This document shows, piece by piece, positions 39,295 through 49,702 of a stretch of DNA of 64,000 nt; positions within the stretch are counted from its first letter, which is position 1, and each line of letters begins with the position of its first letter. Origin of the DNA: Alphaproteobacteria bacterium (GTDB lineage: Bacteria; Pseudomonadota; Alphaproteobacteria; SP197); NCBI GenBank assembly GCA_964291265.2, contig OZ219747.1:2336001-2400000 (forward strand), in the 5' to 3' direction. The notes under the pieces are model-generated. The model ran no database searches. It saw only the letters and a list, made by a program, of their open reading frames with translations, and was not told the origin of the DNA. The translations under genes and the position numbers were made by a program.

Positions 39295-40577
39295 GACAGG
39301 ACCTCGCTGAACGGCAGCACCTCTATCATGTCACCGGCCTCGAGTCGTGTCATGTCCTCGGGAAGCTCCGCGAGACCGTCGGTGTCGACCAGGGACGACA
39401 GCAGGCCGGCGCCCTCCCTCGCGAAGGCATGGGCCTCGGTCACGCCGTCACCCCGGCGGCGCAGGTGGACCCGAACATACTCGCGGCGCCCGCCCTTCTT
39501 GTCGCGGCCGAATGCGGAACGGACGTTGAAGGTCATCGGCGCTGTGTCGTCGGCGCCGCCAAGGCGCAGAAGCAGGGGCCGGGCAAAGCGCAGGAAGGTC
39601 ACCATGGCCGCTGCCGGGTTGCCGGGCAGGCCGATGAAGGTCGCGTCGCCGATGTCGCCGAGCACCAGTGGACGCCCGGGCTTGATGGCCATGTACCAGG
39701 CATGGAGCGTGCCGTGTTCGCGAATGGTGCGCTGCACGTGATCCTCGTCGCCCACGGAAACGCCGCCCGACGTCATGAGCGCGTGATGCCGCCGGGCGGC
39801 GTCGAGAATGGCATGCCGGGTCGCCGCCGCATCGTCGCGCAGGATGCCGAGATCGGTGACCTTGCAGCCGATGGCGTCGAGCAGTGCCCGCACGGCATGG
39901 CGGTTGGCATCGAAGATGGCGCCGGGCCCGAGAACGCCGGGAGGATCGGTGACCTCGTCGCCTGTCGAGAAGAGGGCGACACGGAGCGGCTCCCTGCAGG
40001 GCAGGAGCGTGAGGCCAACCGAGGCGGCAAGACCGATGTCGAACGGTCCCAGCCGGCGCCCCCGGCGCAGGATGGTGCTCCCCGCCGCGACGTCCTCCCC
40101 GGCCTCGCGCCTGTTGGCGCCGCGCCGGATCCGGGAATCGACAACGATCGAGTCGCCTTCGATGCGGACATACTCCTGCATGGCCACGGTGTCGCAGCCT
40201 TCGGGCATGGGCGCCCCGGTGAAGATGCGGATGGCCTCGCCGCGCCGCGCCCGGCGGTCAAGGGCCATGCCGGCCGCTACCCTCGCCGTGACGGGAAGGA
40301 TCGTGTCGGCGGAACAGGCGAGGTCGTCGTGGAAGAATGCGTAGCCGTCGACGGCGGCGTTGGCGTGAGGGGGAACGTCCATCGTCGAGACGACGTCACG
40401 GGCGAGGACCCGCCCGGCGGCCCCGGCCAGGGGGATCTCTTCGGCGGTCGTCACCGGAGCGGCCATGCGCGAGATGAGATCGAGCGCTTCCGCCGCCGTC
40501 ATCAACCGGTCGCCGCGCGCGTCGGGGCTCGCCACCGGGCCGGCGCCGTGCGGCAGGCGTGTCGGCGCCGGACTCAT
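39291..40577 (-). CDS. moeA: Molybdopterin molybdotransferase
   Basis: AVDGYA, RIFTGAPMP, STGDE, SGGVSVGDED, GLPGNP; ATG 40577 overlaps pgsA stop. Confidence 0.95.
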   Translation of the reverse strand: MSPAPTRLPHGAGPVASPDARGDRLMTAAEALDLISRMAAPVTTAEEIPLAGAAGRVLARDVVSTMDVPPHANAAVDGYAFFHDDLACSADTILPVTARVAAGMALDRRARRGEAIRIFTGAPMPEGCDTVAMQEYVRIEGDSIVVDSRIRRGANRREAGEDVAAGSTILRRGRRLGPFDIGLAASVGLTLLPCREPLRVALFSTGDEVTDPPGVLGPGAIFDANRHAVRALLDAIGCKVTDLGILRDDAAATRHAILDAARRHHALMTSGGVSVGDEDHVQRTIREHGTLHAWYMAIKPGRPLVLGDIGDATFIGLPGNPAAAMVTFLRFARPLLLRLGGADDTAPMTFNVRSAFGRDKKGGRREYVRVHLRRRGDGVTEAHAFAREGAGLLSSLVDTDGLAELPEDMTRLEAGDMIEVLPFSEVLS

Positions 40578-41131
40578 GGTTCCTCCGACAGCGAGCGCCG
40601 GCGCGCCGTCAAGGCGCGCCGGGCGGCCTCTCCGTGAAGCAGTCCCGAAAGGGCGGTCATAAGCGCGGCCAGCCACATGGCGGCGAGGCCGACGGTGGCG
40701 AAGGCCGGATCGGGGGCGAGAACCAGGGCGATGGCGAGGCACTGGAGGACCGTCTTGGTCTTCGAGAGAGGTGTCACACCGACGGTGAGGGAGGATGCGG
40801 CGAGGGCCTCGCGCAGGCCGCACACAAGGATCTCGCGGATCACGATGACGAGCGCGGCGATCACCGGCACCTCGGACGTCGCTGTCAGAACGACGATGAC
40901 ACCGCACACCAGCACCTTGTCGGCGACGGGGTCGAGGACCCGGCCCAGGGTGGAGCGGACGTTCATGCGGCGCGCCAGCCAGCCGTCGAGGGCATCGGTC
41001 GCCGCCGCCACGCAGAAGACGGCGAGCGCCGCCCAGCGGGCGCCCGCGTCCCCTTCGATCAGGAGAAACGCGATCGGCGCCAGGGCCGCCATGCGGGCGA
41101 TGGTGAGGATGTTGGGCAGTGACGCCATCAC
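40574..41131 (-). CDS. pgsA: CDP-diacylglycerol--glycerol-3-phosphate phosphatidyltransferase
   Basis: PNILTIAR, TDALDGWLAR...GRVLDPVADK; follows uvrC. Confidence 0.92.
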   Translation of the reverse strand: MMASLPNILTIARMAALAPIAFLLIEGDAGARWAALAVFCVAAATDALDGWLARRMNVRSTLGRVLDPVADKVLVCGVIVVLTATSEVPVIAALVIVIREILVCGLREALAASSLTVGVTPLSKTKTVLQCLAIALVLAPDPAFATVGLAAMWLAALMTALSGLLHGEAARRALTARRRSLSEEP

Positions 41132-43050
41132 GAGTCGCGCTGGAAGTGGTCACGGATGCGCCGGGCCACTGTGCGGTCGATGCCCTTGACCTTCTCGAGA
41201 TCCGCCAGGGCTGCGTCGGCCACGGCTCGGGCCGATCCGAAGTGATGCAGCAGGGCCCGCTTGCGTATCGGACCGATGCCCGGGATTTCGTCGAGCAGGG
41301 AATGGCTGATGCGGCTGGCGCGTTTCGAGCGATGGGCGCCGATGGCGAAGCGATGGGCCTCGTCGCGCAGACGCTGGATGAACCAGAGCACGGGATCGCG
41401 TTCCTCCGGCGTCAACGGGTCGCGTCCGGCAAGGAAGATGCGCTCGCGCCCAGCATGGCGGTCCGGCCCCTTGGCGACACCGGCGACGTCGACACCGGAA
41501 ATGCCGAGGCCCTCGATGACGGACAGCGCCGTCGACAGCTGTCCGGCGCCACCGTCGACGAGGACAAGATCGGGCCAGGCGGAGGAGGTGCGTTCGGGGT
41601 CCTCCTCGACGAGGCGCGAGAAGCGGCGCTCGAGAACCTCGCGCATCATCGCGTAGTCATCGCCCGCCGGGGCCGTGCGGACCGTGAACTTGCGATACTG
41701 GTTCTTCATGAATCCCTCGGCGCCGGCAACGATCATCGCGCCGACGGGCTGGGATCCCTGGGTATGGCTGTTGTCGTAGACCTCGATGCGCCGGGGCGCC
41801 GCGTCGAGGCCGAGCAGGGCGGCCAGGCTCTCGAGATGGGAGCGCTGCGTCGCACTCTCGGCAAGGCGCCGCCGCAGGGCATCCCGTGCATTCTGCAGGG
41901 CATGGTCCATCAGGGCCCGGCGGCCGCCCCGGCGCGGGACGCTGATCTCCACCCCGTGTCCCCTCCTGCCAGCAAGGGCCTCGGTCAGGAGGGCGTGATT
42001 GTCCGGCCGCATCGACACCAGGATGATGCCGGGAACTTCCTTGTTCTCGTAGAACTGCGCCAGGAAGGCCGCCATCACGCTTTCCGGAGTCCTGTTGGCG
42101 CTGCGCCCCGGCCAGTAGGCCCTGTTGCCGTAGTTGCGTCCGTGGCGGATGAAGAAGACCTGAATGCAGGTCTGCCCGCCTTCGCGGCAGAGGGCCACGA
42201 CATCGGCCGCGGCCAGCGTCGGCACGTTGATCTGCTGGTGCGCCTGGATGTGGTTGAGAGCGCGAATGCGGTCACGCAGGCCGGCCGAGCGCTCGAATTC
42301 GAGGGCTTCGGCAGAGTCCTGCATGCGCCGGGAGAGGCCGTCCTGGACCTCCCGGGTCTGGCCCTTGAGAAAGGCGCGGGCCTCTCCCGTCAGGCGTGCG
42401 TAGTCCTCGTCGTCGGCAAGCCCGACACAGGGCGCCACGCAGCGTTTGATCTGGTACTGCAGGCAGGGCCGGGTGCGGTTGTCCAGCACGTGATCACTGC
42501 AGCTTCTGAGAGGAAATGCCTTCTGCAGGGCCGTGATGGTCCGGTTGACCGCACCGGCGCTGGCAAACGGGCCGAAGTAGTCGCCCTGCCGGCGCCGGGC
42601 TCCGCGATGCTTGACGATCTGCGGCCACCGGTGGTCGCGACGCAGCAGGATGTAGGGAAAGGACTTGTCGTCACGCAGGACGACATTGTAGCGCGGCTTG
42701 AGCTTCTTGATGAGGTTGGCCTCGAGAAGCAGCGCCTCGGCTTCCGTCGCGGTGGTGACCACTTCGATGGCCGCAGTGCCGGCGACCATCCTGTGAAGAC
42801 GCGGGTCGAGGCGCCCCGGTTGCGCGTAGGTCGCAACCCTGTGCGCCAGGTTGCGCGCCTTGCCGACATAGAGGACCTCGCCTTCGGAGGAGAGCATGCG
42901 GTAGACGCCGGGCCCTTCGGGCATGGTGGCCAACGACCTCCTGACGGCCTCGGCGCCATGCCCTGCGGGGATCGCGTCCATCTGTTCGACCGCCGGTCCC
43001 TCGGTCTCTCCTGACGGTCGGATGTCCCTCGATGCCTTCGCCATCGCCAA
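41128..43050 (-). CDS. uvrC: Excinuclease ABC subunit C
   Basis: PGVYRM...YVGKARNL, YDNSH, DGGAGQ, RDEAHRFA, HhH. Confidence 0.97.
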   Translation of the reverse strand: MAMAKASRDIRPSGETEGPAVEQMDAIPAGHGAEAVRRSLATMPEGPGVYRMLSSEGEVLYVGKARNLAHRVATYAQPGRLDPRLHRMVAGTAAIEVVTTATEAEALLLEANLIKKLKPRYNVVLRDDKSFPYILLRRDHRWPQIVKHRGARRRQGDYFGPFASAGAVNRTITALQKAFPLRSCSDHVLDNRTRPCLQYQIKRCVAPCVGLADDEDYARLTGEARAFLKGQTREVQDGLSRRMQDSAEALEFERSAGLRDRIRALNHIQAHQQINVPTLAAADVVALCREGGQTCIQVFFIRHGRNYGNRAYWPGRSANRTPESVMAAFLAQFYENKEVPGIILVSMRPDNHALLTEALAGRRGHGVEISVPRRGGRRALMDHALQNARDALRRRLAESATQRSHLESLAALLGLDAAPRRIEVYDNSHTQGSQPVGAMIVAGAEGFMKNQYRKFTVRTAPAGDDYAMMREVLERRFSRLVEEDPERTSSAWPDLVLVDGGAGQLSTALSVIEGLGISGVDVAGVAKGPDRHAGRERIFLAGRDPLTPEERDPVLWFIQRLRDEAHRFAIGAHRSKRASRISHSLLDEIPGIGPIRKRALLHHFGSARAVADAALADLEKVKGIDRTVARRIRDHFQRDS

Positions 43051-43091
43051 GCAGGGCGGGGAGCCGCGCGACCGCGGCTCCCCCAGCCATG

Positions 43092-43754
43092 TCAGTCCGA
43101 GGGCTGCGGCACGATGCGCAGGTAGGGCTTGGGCGCTTTCCAGCCTCCGGGAAATCTCTCCCTTGCCTCGTCGTCCTTGACGGCGGGGACGATGATCACG
43201 TCTTCGCCGTTCTGCCAGTTGGCCGGGGTGGCCACCTTGTGGCTGGCCGTCAGCTGGCAGGAATCGAGGAGGCGCAGGATCTCGTCGAAATTGCGTCCCG
43301 TCGACATCGGATAGCTGACCATCGCCTTGATCTGCTTGTCGGGCCCGATGACGTAGACCGTCCGCACCGTTGCGTTGTCCACCGGGGTGCGTCCCTCGGC
43401 GGTGTCACCGGCGCCGGCCGGCAGCATGTTGTAGGTCTTGGCGACGGAAAGGTCGGTGTCGGCCAGCAGCGGGTAGTTGAGTGCGTTGCCGGTGACATCC
43501 TCGATATCCTTCGACCAGCCTTCGTGATCGGCCACGCCATCGACCGAAAGGCCGATCAGCTTGGTGTTGCGCCGGTCGAACTCGGGTTTCATGCCGGCAA
43601 CGGCGCCGAGTTCGGTCGTGCAGACCGGTGTGAAGTCCTTGGGGTGGGAAAACAGGATGCACCAGGAATCACCGATGTACTCGTGGAACCTGATGCGCCC
43701 CGCCGTCGAATCCTGTTCGAAGTCAGGTGCCGTACTGCCTATCGATAGTGTCAT
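43092..43754 (-). CDS. 1-Cys peroxiredoxin (Prx6)
   Basis: FSHPKDFTPVCTTEL, GRNFDEILR, ATPANW. Confidence 0.95.
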   Translation of the reverse strand: MTLSIGSTAPDFEQDSTAGRIRFHEYIGDSWCILFSHPKDFTPVCTTELGAVAGMKPEFDRRNTKLIGLSVDGVADHEGWSKDIEDVTGNALNYPLLADTDLSVAKTYNMLPAGAGDTAEGRTPVDNATVRTVYVIGPDKQIKAMVSYPMSTGRNFDEILRLLDSCQLTASHKVATPANWQNGEDVIIVPAVKDDEARERFPGGWKAPKPYLRIVPQPSD

Positions 43755-43924
43755 GTCTTGCCATTGCTCCGTGCTGGATGATCCGGTCAGGGGACACATG
43801 CCTGGAAGAGCGGGGCCGTTCCCCGGGTCAGGGAACGTCATCCCGGCAGCCTCGCCCTTGACACTTGGGTTCCCGCGCCCGGAAGTCAACCGTCCCGGAG
43901 AGCGGCGGCAGCGGACTGCCGACG

Positions 43925-45607
43925 TCAGAACAGGCCGCGAATGCGGCCCCGCGAATCGACGCCGATGTTGTCGGCGGCAGGATGGCGCGGCAATCCGGGC
44001 ATGGTCATGACGTCGCCCGTGATGACGACGAGGAACTCGGCGCCGGCGGACACCCGGACCTCGCGCAGCGGAACTGTGAATCCCTCGGGCGCCGCTTTCA
44101 GCGCCGGATCGGTCGAAAAGCTGTACTGGGTCTTGGCCATGCACACCGGCCAGGAACCGGCCGGGGTATCGTCGAGCTCGGCGAGCCGGCGCGAGACCGC
44201 GGCAGGGACGTCGATGTCGTCGGCCCGGTAGATCTGCCGGGCGATGGTCCGGATCTTCTCTTCGAGCGGCATGTCATCGCCATAGAGCGGCCGGAAGTCG
44301 GCGGCTCCGCTCTCGGCCAGTTCCACCACGGACTCGGCGAGGTCGACGGCGCCGGCGCCGCCGTCGGCCCAGTGGGTGGCCTCGACGCAGCGCACGCCCT
44401 GGGCAGCGGTGAGGTCCAGCAGGGTCGACACCTCGGCATCGGTGTCGGCGGAGAAGCGATTGACGGAGACGACGGCCGGCACCCCGAACTTCGCCACGTT
44501 GGAGATGTGGCGCTGCAGGTTGGCAAAGCCTCGCTCGACGGCGGCGATGTCCTCCCTTGCCAGGTCCTCGCGGGCCACCCCGCCGTGCATCTTCAGCGCC
44601 CGGATGGTGGCGACGATGACCACGGCATCCGGCGACAGCCCCGCCTTGCGGCACTTGATGTTGAAGAACTTCTCGGCTCCGAGGTCGGCGCCGAACCCGG
44701 CTTCCGTCACCACGTAGTCGGCCATGCCGAGGGCACTCGAGGTGGCGAGCACGGAGTTGCAGCCGTGGGCAATGTTGGCGAAGGGGCCGCCGTGCACGAA
44801 GGCGGGATTGTTCTCCAGGGTCTGCACGAGATTGGGCTTGATGGCATCCTTGAGGAGCGCCGCCATGGCCCCCTCCGCATTGAGATCGCGCGCCGTGACA
44901 GGTGTTCTCTGCCGCGTGTGGGCAACGACGATGTTGCCGAGCCGGCGCTTGAGATCGTCGATGTCCGTGGCAAGGCAGAATATGGCCATGACCTCGGAGG
45001 CGACGGTGATGTCGAAGCCGTCCTGGCGCGGAAACCCGTTGGCCACCCCGCCAAGCGAGTTGACGATGGATCTCAGCGCCCTGTCGTTCATGTCGACGAC
45101 GCGGCGCCATGCCACCCGGCGTTCGTCGATGCCGTGGGCGTTGCCCCAGTAGATGTGGTTGTCGACCATGGCCGCCAGGAGGTTGTTGGCGACTCCGATG
45201 GCGTGGAAGTCACCGGTGAAATGGAGGTTGATGTCCTCCATGGGCACGATCTGCGCATGGCCGCCGCCGGCCGCCCCTCCCTTGACGCCGAACGATGGAC
45301 CGAGCGACGGCTCCCTGAGGCAGATCAAAGTCCTGCGGCCGATGCGATTGAGTGCGTCGCCGAGGCCCACGGTCGTCGTCGTCTTTCCCTCGCCCGCGGG
45401 AGTCGGGGTGATGGCCGTCACGAGGACGAGACGGCCCCTCTCGCGGTTCTCCAGGCCCTTGATGTAGTCGAAGGAGAGCTTCGCCTTGTCGTGACCATAG
45501 GGCTCGAGATGTTCGGCGCCGATGCCCAAGCGGTCCCGGGCGAGCTCGATGATCGGTCTCAGTGTCGCGGCCTGGGCAATCTCGATGTCCGATGCGGGTG
45601 TCGACAT
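43925..45607 (-). CDS. fhs: Formate--tetrahydrofolate ligase
   Basis: [43 protein letters not shown]. Confidence 0.97.
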   Translation of the reverse strand: MSTPASDIEIAQAATLRPIIELARDRLGIGAEHLEPYGHDKAKLSFDYIKGLENRERGRLVLVTAITPTPAGEGKTTTTVGLGDALNRIGRRTLICLREPSLGPSFGVKGGAAGGGHAQIVPMEDINLHFTGDFHAIGVANNLLAAMVDNHIYWGNAHGIDERRVAWRRVVDMNDRALRSIVNSLGGVANGFPRQDGFDITVASEVMAIFCLATDIDDLKRRLGNIVVAHTRQRTPVTARDLNAEGAMAALLKDAIKPNLVQTLENNPAFVHGGPFANIAHGCNSVLATSSALGMADYVVTEAGFGADLGAEKFFNIKCRKAGLSPDAVVIVATIRALKMHGGVAREDLAREDIAAVERGFANLQRHISNVAKFGVPAVVSVNRFSADTDAEVSTLLDLTAAQGVRCVEATHWADGGAGAVDLAESVVELAESGAADFRPLYGDDMPLEEKIRTIARQIYRADDIDVPAAVSRRLAELDDTPAGSWPVCMAKTQYSFSTDPALKAAPEGFTVPLREVRVSAGAEFLVVITGDVMTMPGLPRHPAADNIGVDSRGRIRGLF

Positions 45608-45678
45608 GATGGAGGTTCCCTCCCGGGGCAGTGGTTCCTGATGTGCGAATGGGGTGGCGTCGGTCTTCGGCGTCGCCT

Positions 45679-46236
45679 TCAGGAGGCGTTCCGGCTCTCC
45701 CGGCCGCCGTTCTTCACGTCCGACACGCGCCAGGAGAGGCGCATTTCACCGGCGGTGTTGGCCACCGTTGCCAGGCACGCCTCCACCCGGTGGTCGGGAA
45801 TGTGGACCGCGAACCTCGTCACGTAGCGATCGCGGCCGGGTGCCGGAATGCGTTCCGAGTTCATGCGCACGATGTTGGCGCCAAAGCCGCCGAAGATCTC
45901 CGAGATGCGCAGGATGAGACCCGGAGCGTCCGGGCCGTCGAGCTCGATTCGATGGGTGATGTGCCCGGCCTCGTCATGCACCGCCCGCATGTCGAAGGTC
46001 GCCACCGTGACCCTGCCTTCGGCGACGCCGTCGAGGGTTTCGAGCTCCTGCCTGACCCTGGCCGTGGCGACCTCGTCGGGAATCTCGGCGATGCAGGTGA
46101 ACTCCGCCATGTCGCCGAGGACGGCAAAGGTCGTATCGGAGAGATTGGCGTCGAGGTCGAAGAGGCGGCCGGCCATGTCGGCCACGAGTCCGGCGCGGTC
46201 GCGGCAGATGACGGAAATCAGGCAGACGGCGGTCAT
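45679..46236 (-). CDS. Double-ACT-domain protein (GcvR-like)
   Basis: CRDRAGLV and [11 protein letters not shown] signatures; ATGA overlap with upstream gene. Confidence 0.8.
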   Translation of the reverse strand: MTAVCLISVICRDRAGLVADMAGRLFDLDANLSDTTFAVLGDMAEFTCIAEIPDEVATARVRQELETLDGVAEGRVTVATFDMRAVHDEAGHITHRIELDGPDAPGLILRISEIFGGFGANIVRMNSERIPAPGRDRYVTRFAVHIPDHRVEACLATVANTAGEMRLSWRVSDVKNGGRESRNAS

Positions 46237-48257
46237 GCGGCCTCGAGATGCTGCTTGCGGTCCTCGACGACCTGATCGGCCTCGCGACCGGTCAGTTCCT
46301 GGAGATGATCGAACGACATGTCGAAGTATCCCACGCCCTGGGTCAGTGAGCGCAGTTCGCTGACGAGCGTGAGGGTCTCGCTTTGGGGCATGTGCGCCGT
46401 GACGGTGTCCCATTCCTTCCAGCCCTCGCGGGCCTCGAAACCGAGAATCTGGCCACGCCGTCCGGTGATCAGCTGCTGCACGCGCGCCGTGGCCGAATTG
46501 GGAGCATGAACGGATACGGTCATGATCGGTTCAAGGAGCACCGGACTGCAGGAGGGCATGCCTTCGCTCATGGCCACGCGCGCCGCCAGCTTGAAGGCCA
46601 TTTCGTTGGAATCGACGTCATGGTACTTGCCGTCGAAGACCTCCACGGCGACGTCGACCACGGGAAAGCCGAGCGGACCCTGGAGCAGGTACTCCTTCAC
46701 CCCTGCCTCGACCGCGGGAATGTACTGCCTCGGGATGTTGCCGCCGGTCACCGAATTGGTGAATTCGAAACCGCTGCCCCTGGTCAGCGGACGGATATTG
46801 ATCTGAACATCGCCGAACATGCCGCTGCCGCCTGTCTGGCGCTTGAAGCGGCCGTGCTGGGTGGTCGGCTTGCGAATGGCCTCCCTGTAGGGCACCAGCG
46901 GGCGCCCGGATGTCACCTCGACCCCGTAGCGTCCGGACAGCTTCGAGAAGGCGGTCTGCAGGTGCATGTCGCCCTGGCCCCAGAGCACCAGCTGCTTGAG
47001 GTCCGGGTCCTGTTCGGGCTCGATGGACGGATCCTCCTCGTGAATGCGATGGAGTGCCGTGGCCATCTTCACCTCGTCCTCGCGGCGCGCCGCGTGGATC
47101 GCGAGGCCGTAGAGGCGGGGCGGCGTCCCGGCTCGTGGCCAGGCGGTGTCCTCGTCGGGTGCGTCGTTGCCCATGACGAGGGTATCCCCGGTGCGCGCTC
47201 CCTCGAGGCGGCCGAAGGCGACGATGTCTCCGGCCCCGGCACGGTCGATCTTGACGCTCTGGCTGCCCTGAAGGTGGTACATGCCGCCGATGCGGTTGCC
47301 GTTGACCGTGTCGCCGTCCTTCACCTCGCCACGCCAGATCCGGGCCAGTGACAACTTGCCGCCATGCTGGGTGTTGTAGGTCTTGAGCACCTGTGCGGCG
47401 AAGGGACCATCGCCGCCACGTCTTGCCGCGGCGCGGCCGGGATCGGGAACCCAGTGCCGGAGTTCCTGGAGCAGGCGGCGGACACCGTTCTCCAGTTCGG
47501 CGGAACCGAGCAGGACAGGCACCACCCGCGCCTCGGCGAAGGCCCCGCTGAGTTCGCTCACCACCTCCTCCTGGGTCGGCACTTCGTCCTCGAGAATCCG
47601 CATCATCAGGTCGTCGCTGAAATCGGCCAGGCCCTCCAGCATCAGGTTGCGCGCCTCGTCCTCGCGCTCCATGACACCGTCCGGCATCTCGATGGCTTCG
47701 GAGGCGCCGCCCTCATGGTAGCGCCACGCCGACTCGCTGATCAGGTCGACATAGCCCGTGACATGGTCGTTGTCGCGCACGGGCACCTGCGTGATCAGCA
47801 TGGGTGTCCCCGAGATGTCCTGCATGGCCGGCAGGAGTTCGCGCATCAGGGTGGTGGTGCGGTCCATCTTGTTGATGAACACGAGATGGGGAATCCGGTT
47901 GTGTTCGAGAAAGCGGAAGACCGGCGCCATGGTCGTTGTCCGTTCCACCACCGGCTCGTAGACCACCACCGCGGCGTCGGCGCCGATGAGCGCGTTGCGC
48001 GCCTCGGCCTGGAACTCGATGGAGCCGGGGCAGTCGAGAAAGTTGAAGCGAATGCCTTCGAAGGTGGCATGGCCGGCGCTCACTTCCGTGCTCATGTTCC
48101 GCTGGCGCGCCTCCGGCGCCGAATCGCCGACCGAGTTCCCGTCCTTCACGGAACCCTTGCGGCCGATGGCGCCGCAGATGTAGAGCATGGCCTCGAGGAG
48201 AGTCGTCTTTCCGCTGAGCGATGGACCGACGATGGCGATGTTCCTGATGTCTGGCAT
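46233..48257 (-). CDS. fusA: Elongation factor G paralog (EF-G2-like)
   Basis: Divergent G1 GPSLSGKTT, DCPG, NKMD, HDVDSNEMAF, LLEPIM. Confidence 0.85.
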   Translation of the reverse strand: MPDIRNIAIVGPSLSGKTTLLEAMLYICGAIGRKGSVKDGNSVGDSAPEARQRNMSTEVSAGHATFEGIRFNFLDCPGSIEFQAEARNALIGADAAVVVYEPVVERTTTMAPVFRFLEHNRIPHLVFINKMDRTTTLMRELLPAMQDISGTPMLITQVPVRDNDHVTGYVDLISESAWRYHEGGASEAIEMPDGVMEREDEARNLMLEGLADFSDDLMMRILEDEVPTQEEVVSELSGAFAEARVVPVLLGSAELENGVRRLLQELRHWVPDPGRAAARRGGDGPFAAQVLKTYNTQHGGKLSLARIWRGEVKDGDTVNGNRIGGMYHLQGSQSVKIDRAGAGDIVAFGRLEGARTGDTLVMGNDAPDEDTAWPRAGTPPRLYGLAIHAARREDEVKMATALHRIHEEDPSIEPEQDPDLKQLVLWGQGDMHLQTAFSKLSGRYGVEVTSGRPLVPYREAIRKPTTQHGRFKRQTGGSGMFGDVQINIRPLTRGSGFEFTNSVTGGNIPRQYIPAVEAGVKEYLLQGPLGFPVVDVAVEVFDGKYHDVDSNEMAFKLAARVAMSEGMPSCSPVLLEPIMTVSVHAPNSATARVQQLITGRRGQILGFEAREGWKEWDTVTAHMPQSETLTLVSELRSLTQGVGYFDMSFDHLQELTGREADQVVEDRKQHLEAA

Positions 48258-48332
48258 GATTGTCTCACAAGCTGCGCGTCTGCCACCGTGTCAACCTAGT
48301 GCGACGCGCCGGGCCCTGCAACGTCCACCGGC

Positions 48333-49052
48333 ATGACGACGAGGCACCGCCCCTCTCCCAATGTCAATGATCGGCGGGCGGAAGTCTGCATGCTCGTCCT
48401 CCACTACACCGGAATGCGGGATGCCGCCGCGGCCCTGCAGCGCCTGGTCGATCCGGCGTCCGGAGTCAGTGCCCACTGGCTTGTCGACGAGGATGGTGCG
48501 GTCACCTCGCTGGTTCCGGAAGCGCGGCGCGCCTGGCACGCCGGTGTCGCGTGCTGGCAGGGGGTTCACGACATCAACAGTGCCTCGGTGGGCATCGAGA
48601 TCGTCAATCCCGGCCACGACGGAGGACTGCCGCCGTTTCCCGGACGGCAGATGGAGGCTGTGGCGGCGCTCTGCCGCGATGTCCTGGCTCGCCATGGCAT
48701 CCGCCAGCGCCATGTCCTGGGACACAGCGATGTCGCACCGCAGCGCAAGCAGGACCCCGGAGAACTCTTCGACTGGCGCTGGCTCGCGAGCCGGGGCGTC
48801 GGGCTGTGGCCGCCGCCCCGGCCCCCTGCCGCGACATGCCTGAGCGAGGGAGACAGGGGGTGCGCCGTCGTGCGCCTGCAGGACCATCTGGCGGGTTTCG
48901 GATACGCCGTCGCGCCGGACGGCTTCTACGGCCCCGTGACGGCTGCCGTCGTCACCGCCTTCCAGCGCCACTTTCGACCGGCGCGGGTCGACGGCGTGGC
49001 GGATGGCGAGACCGCGGCCCGTCTCGTGGCCCTGGTTGACGCGGCACATTGA
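48333..49052 (+). CDS. N-acetylmuramoyl-L-alanine amidase (AmpD/AmiD type) with PG-binding domain
   Basis: LHYT, VSAHW, AWHAG, GHSDVAPQRKQDPG, AFQRHFRP. Confidence 0.93.
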   Translation: MTTRHRPSPNVNDRRAEVCMLVLHYTGMRDAAAALQRLVDPASGVSAHWLVDEDGAVTSLVPEARRAWHAGVACWQGVHDINSASVGIEIVNPGHDGGLPPFPGRQMEAVAALCRDVLARHGIRQRHVLGHSDVAPQRKQDPGELFDWRWLASRGVGLWPPPRPPAATCLSEGDRGCAVVRLQDHLAGFGYAVAPDGFYGPVTAAVVTAFQRHFRPARVDGVADGETAARLVALVDAAH

Positions 49053-49086
49053 CTAAGCTGGTGGTGCCACGCTATCCCTTCCCACC

Positions 49087-49489
49087 GGGAATCAGACGGA
49101 CGGATGGCCGCTCTTCCCCCATCGGGAAGGGAGGAAAGTCCGGGCTCCACGGAAACATGGCGCCGGGTAACGCCCGGCGGGGGTGACCCCAGGGACAGTG
49201 CCACAGAAAGTAGACCGCCTCCGGCCGCAGGGCCGACGGCAAGGGTGAAAGGGTGCGGCAAGAGCGCACCGCGGCTGCGGCAACGCAGACGGCATGGCAA
49301 ACCCCGCCAGGAGCAAGATCGAGTAGGGGCGGCACGTGGTTCCACGAGGCCCGTTTCCGGACCCCGCCGCCCGGGTTGATCGCGCGAGGCGCGCGGTGAC
49401 GCGCGTCCCAGATGAATGGCCATCGGCCGCCCTCGGAACCTTCAAGGGGGGCGGATCACAGAACCCGGCTTACAGTCCGCCTGATTCCC
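49087..49489 (+). ncRNA. rnpB: RNase P RNA, class A
   Basis: GAGGAAAGTCCGGGCTCC, AGTGCCACAGAAA, ACAGAACCCGGCTTA; P1 pairing GGGAATCAGACGGAC/GTCCGCCTGATTCCC. Confidence 0.97.
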
Positions 49490-49702
49490 GCCGCCGCCCC
49501 TGGCGATGACATGGCCGGGGGCGAATCCCAACTCTCAGGCAGAGGAATTTTATCCACCGGCCAGGTCGACAACACCGTGAAGAGCCCGATAGTAGGCGAA
49601 CACGCTACAAGATGATGTCACATCCTGGAATGTTACCCCCAGCATATTGGGAATTGCTGGTGCCAAGGCGGGCTGCTCAAGACATTGAAATTTCGTAACT
49701 AC

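Noticed and set aside
39291-41153. 620-aa extended MoeA
   Set aside because: Extension overlaps pgsA out of frame; real start is 40577
41119-45826. Long plus-strand ORFs of 631 and 653 aa
   Set aside because: Antisense shadows of uvrC and fhs
49092-49445. Short ORFs over 49.1-49.4 kb
   Set aside because: Region is RNase P RNA
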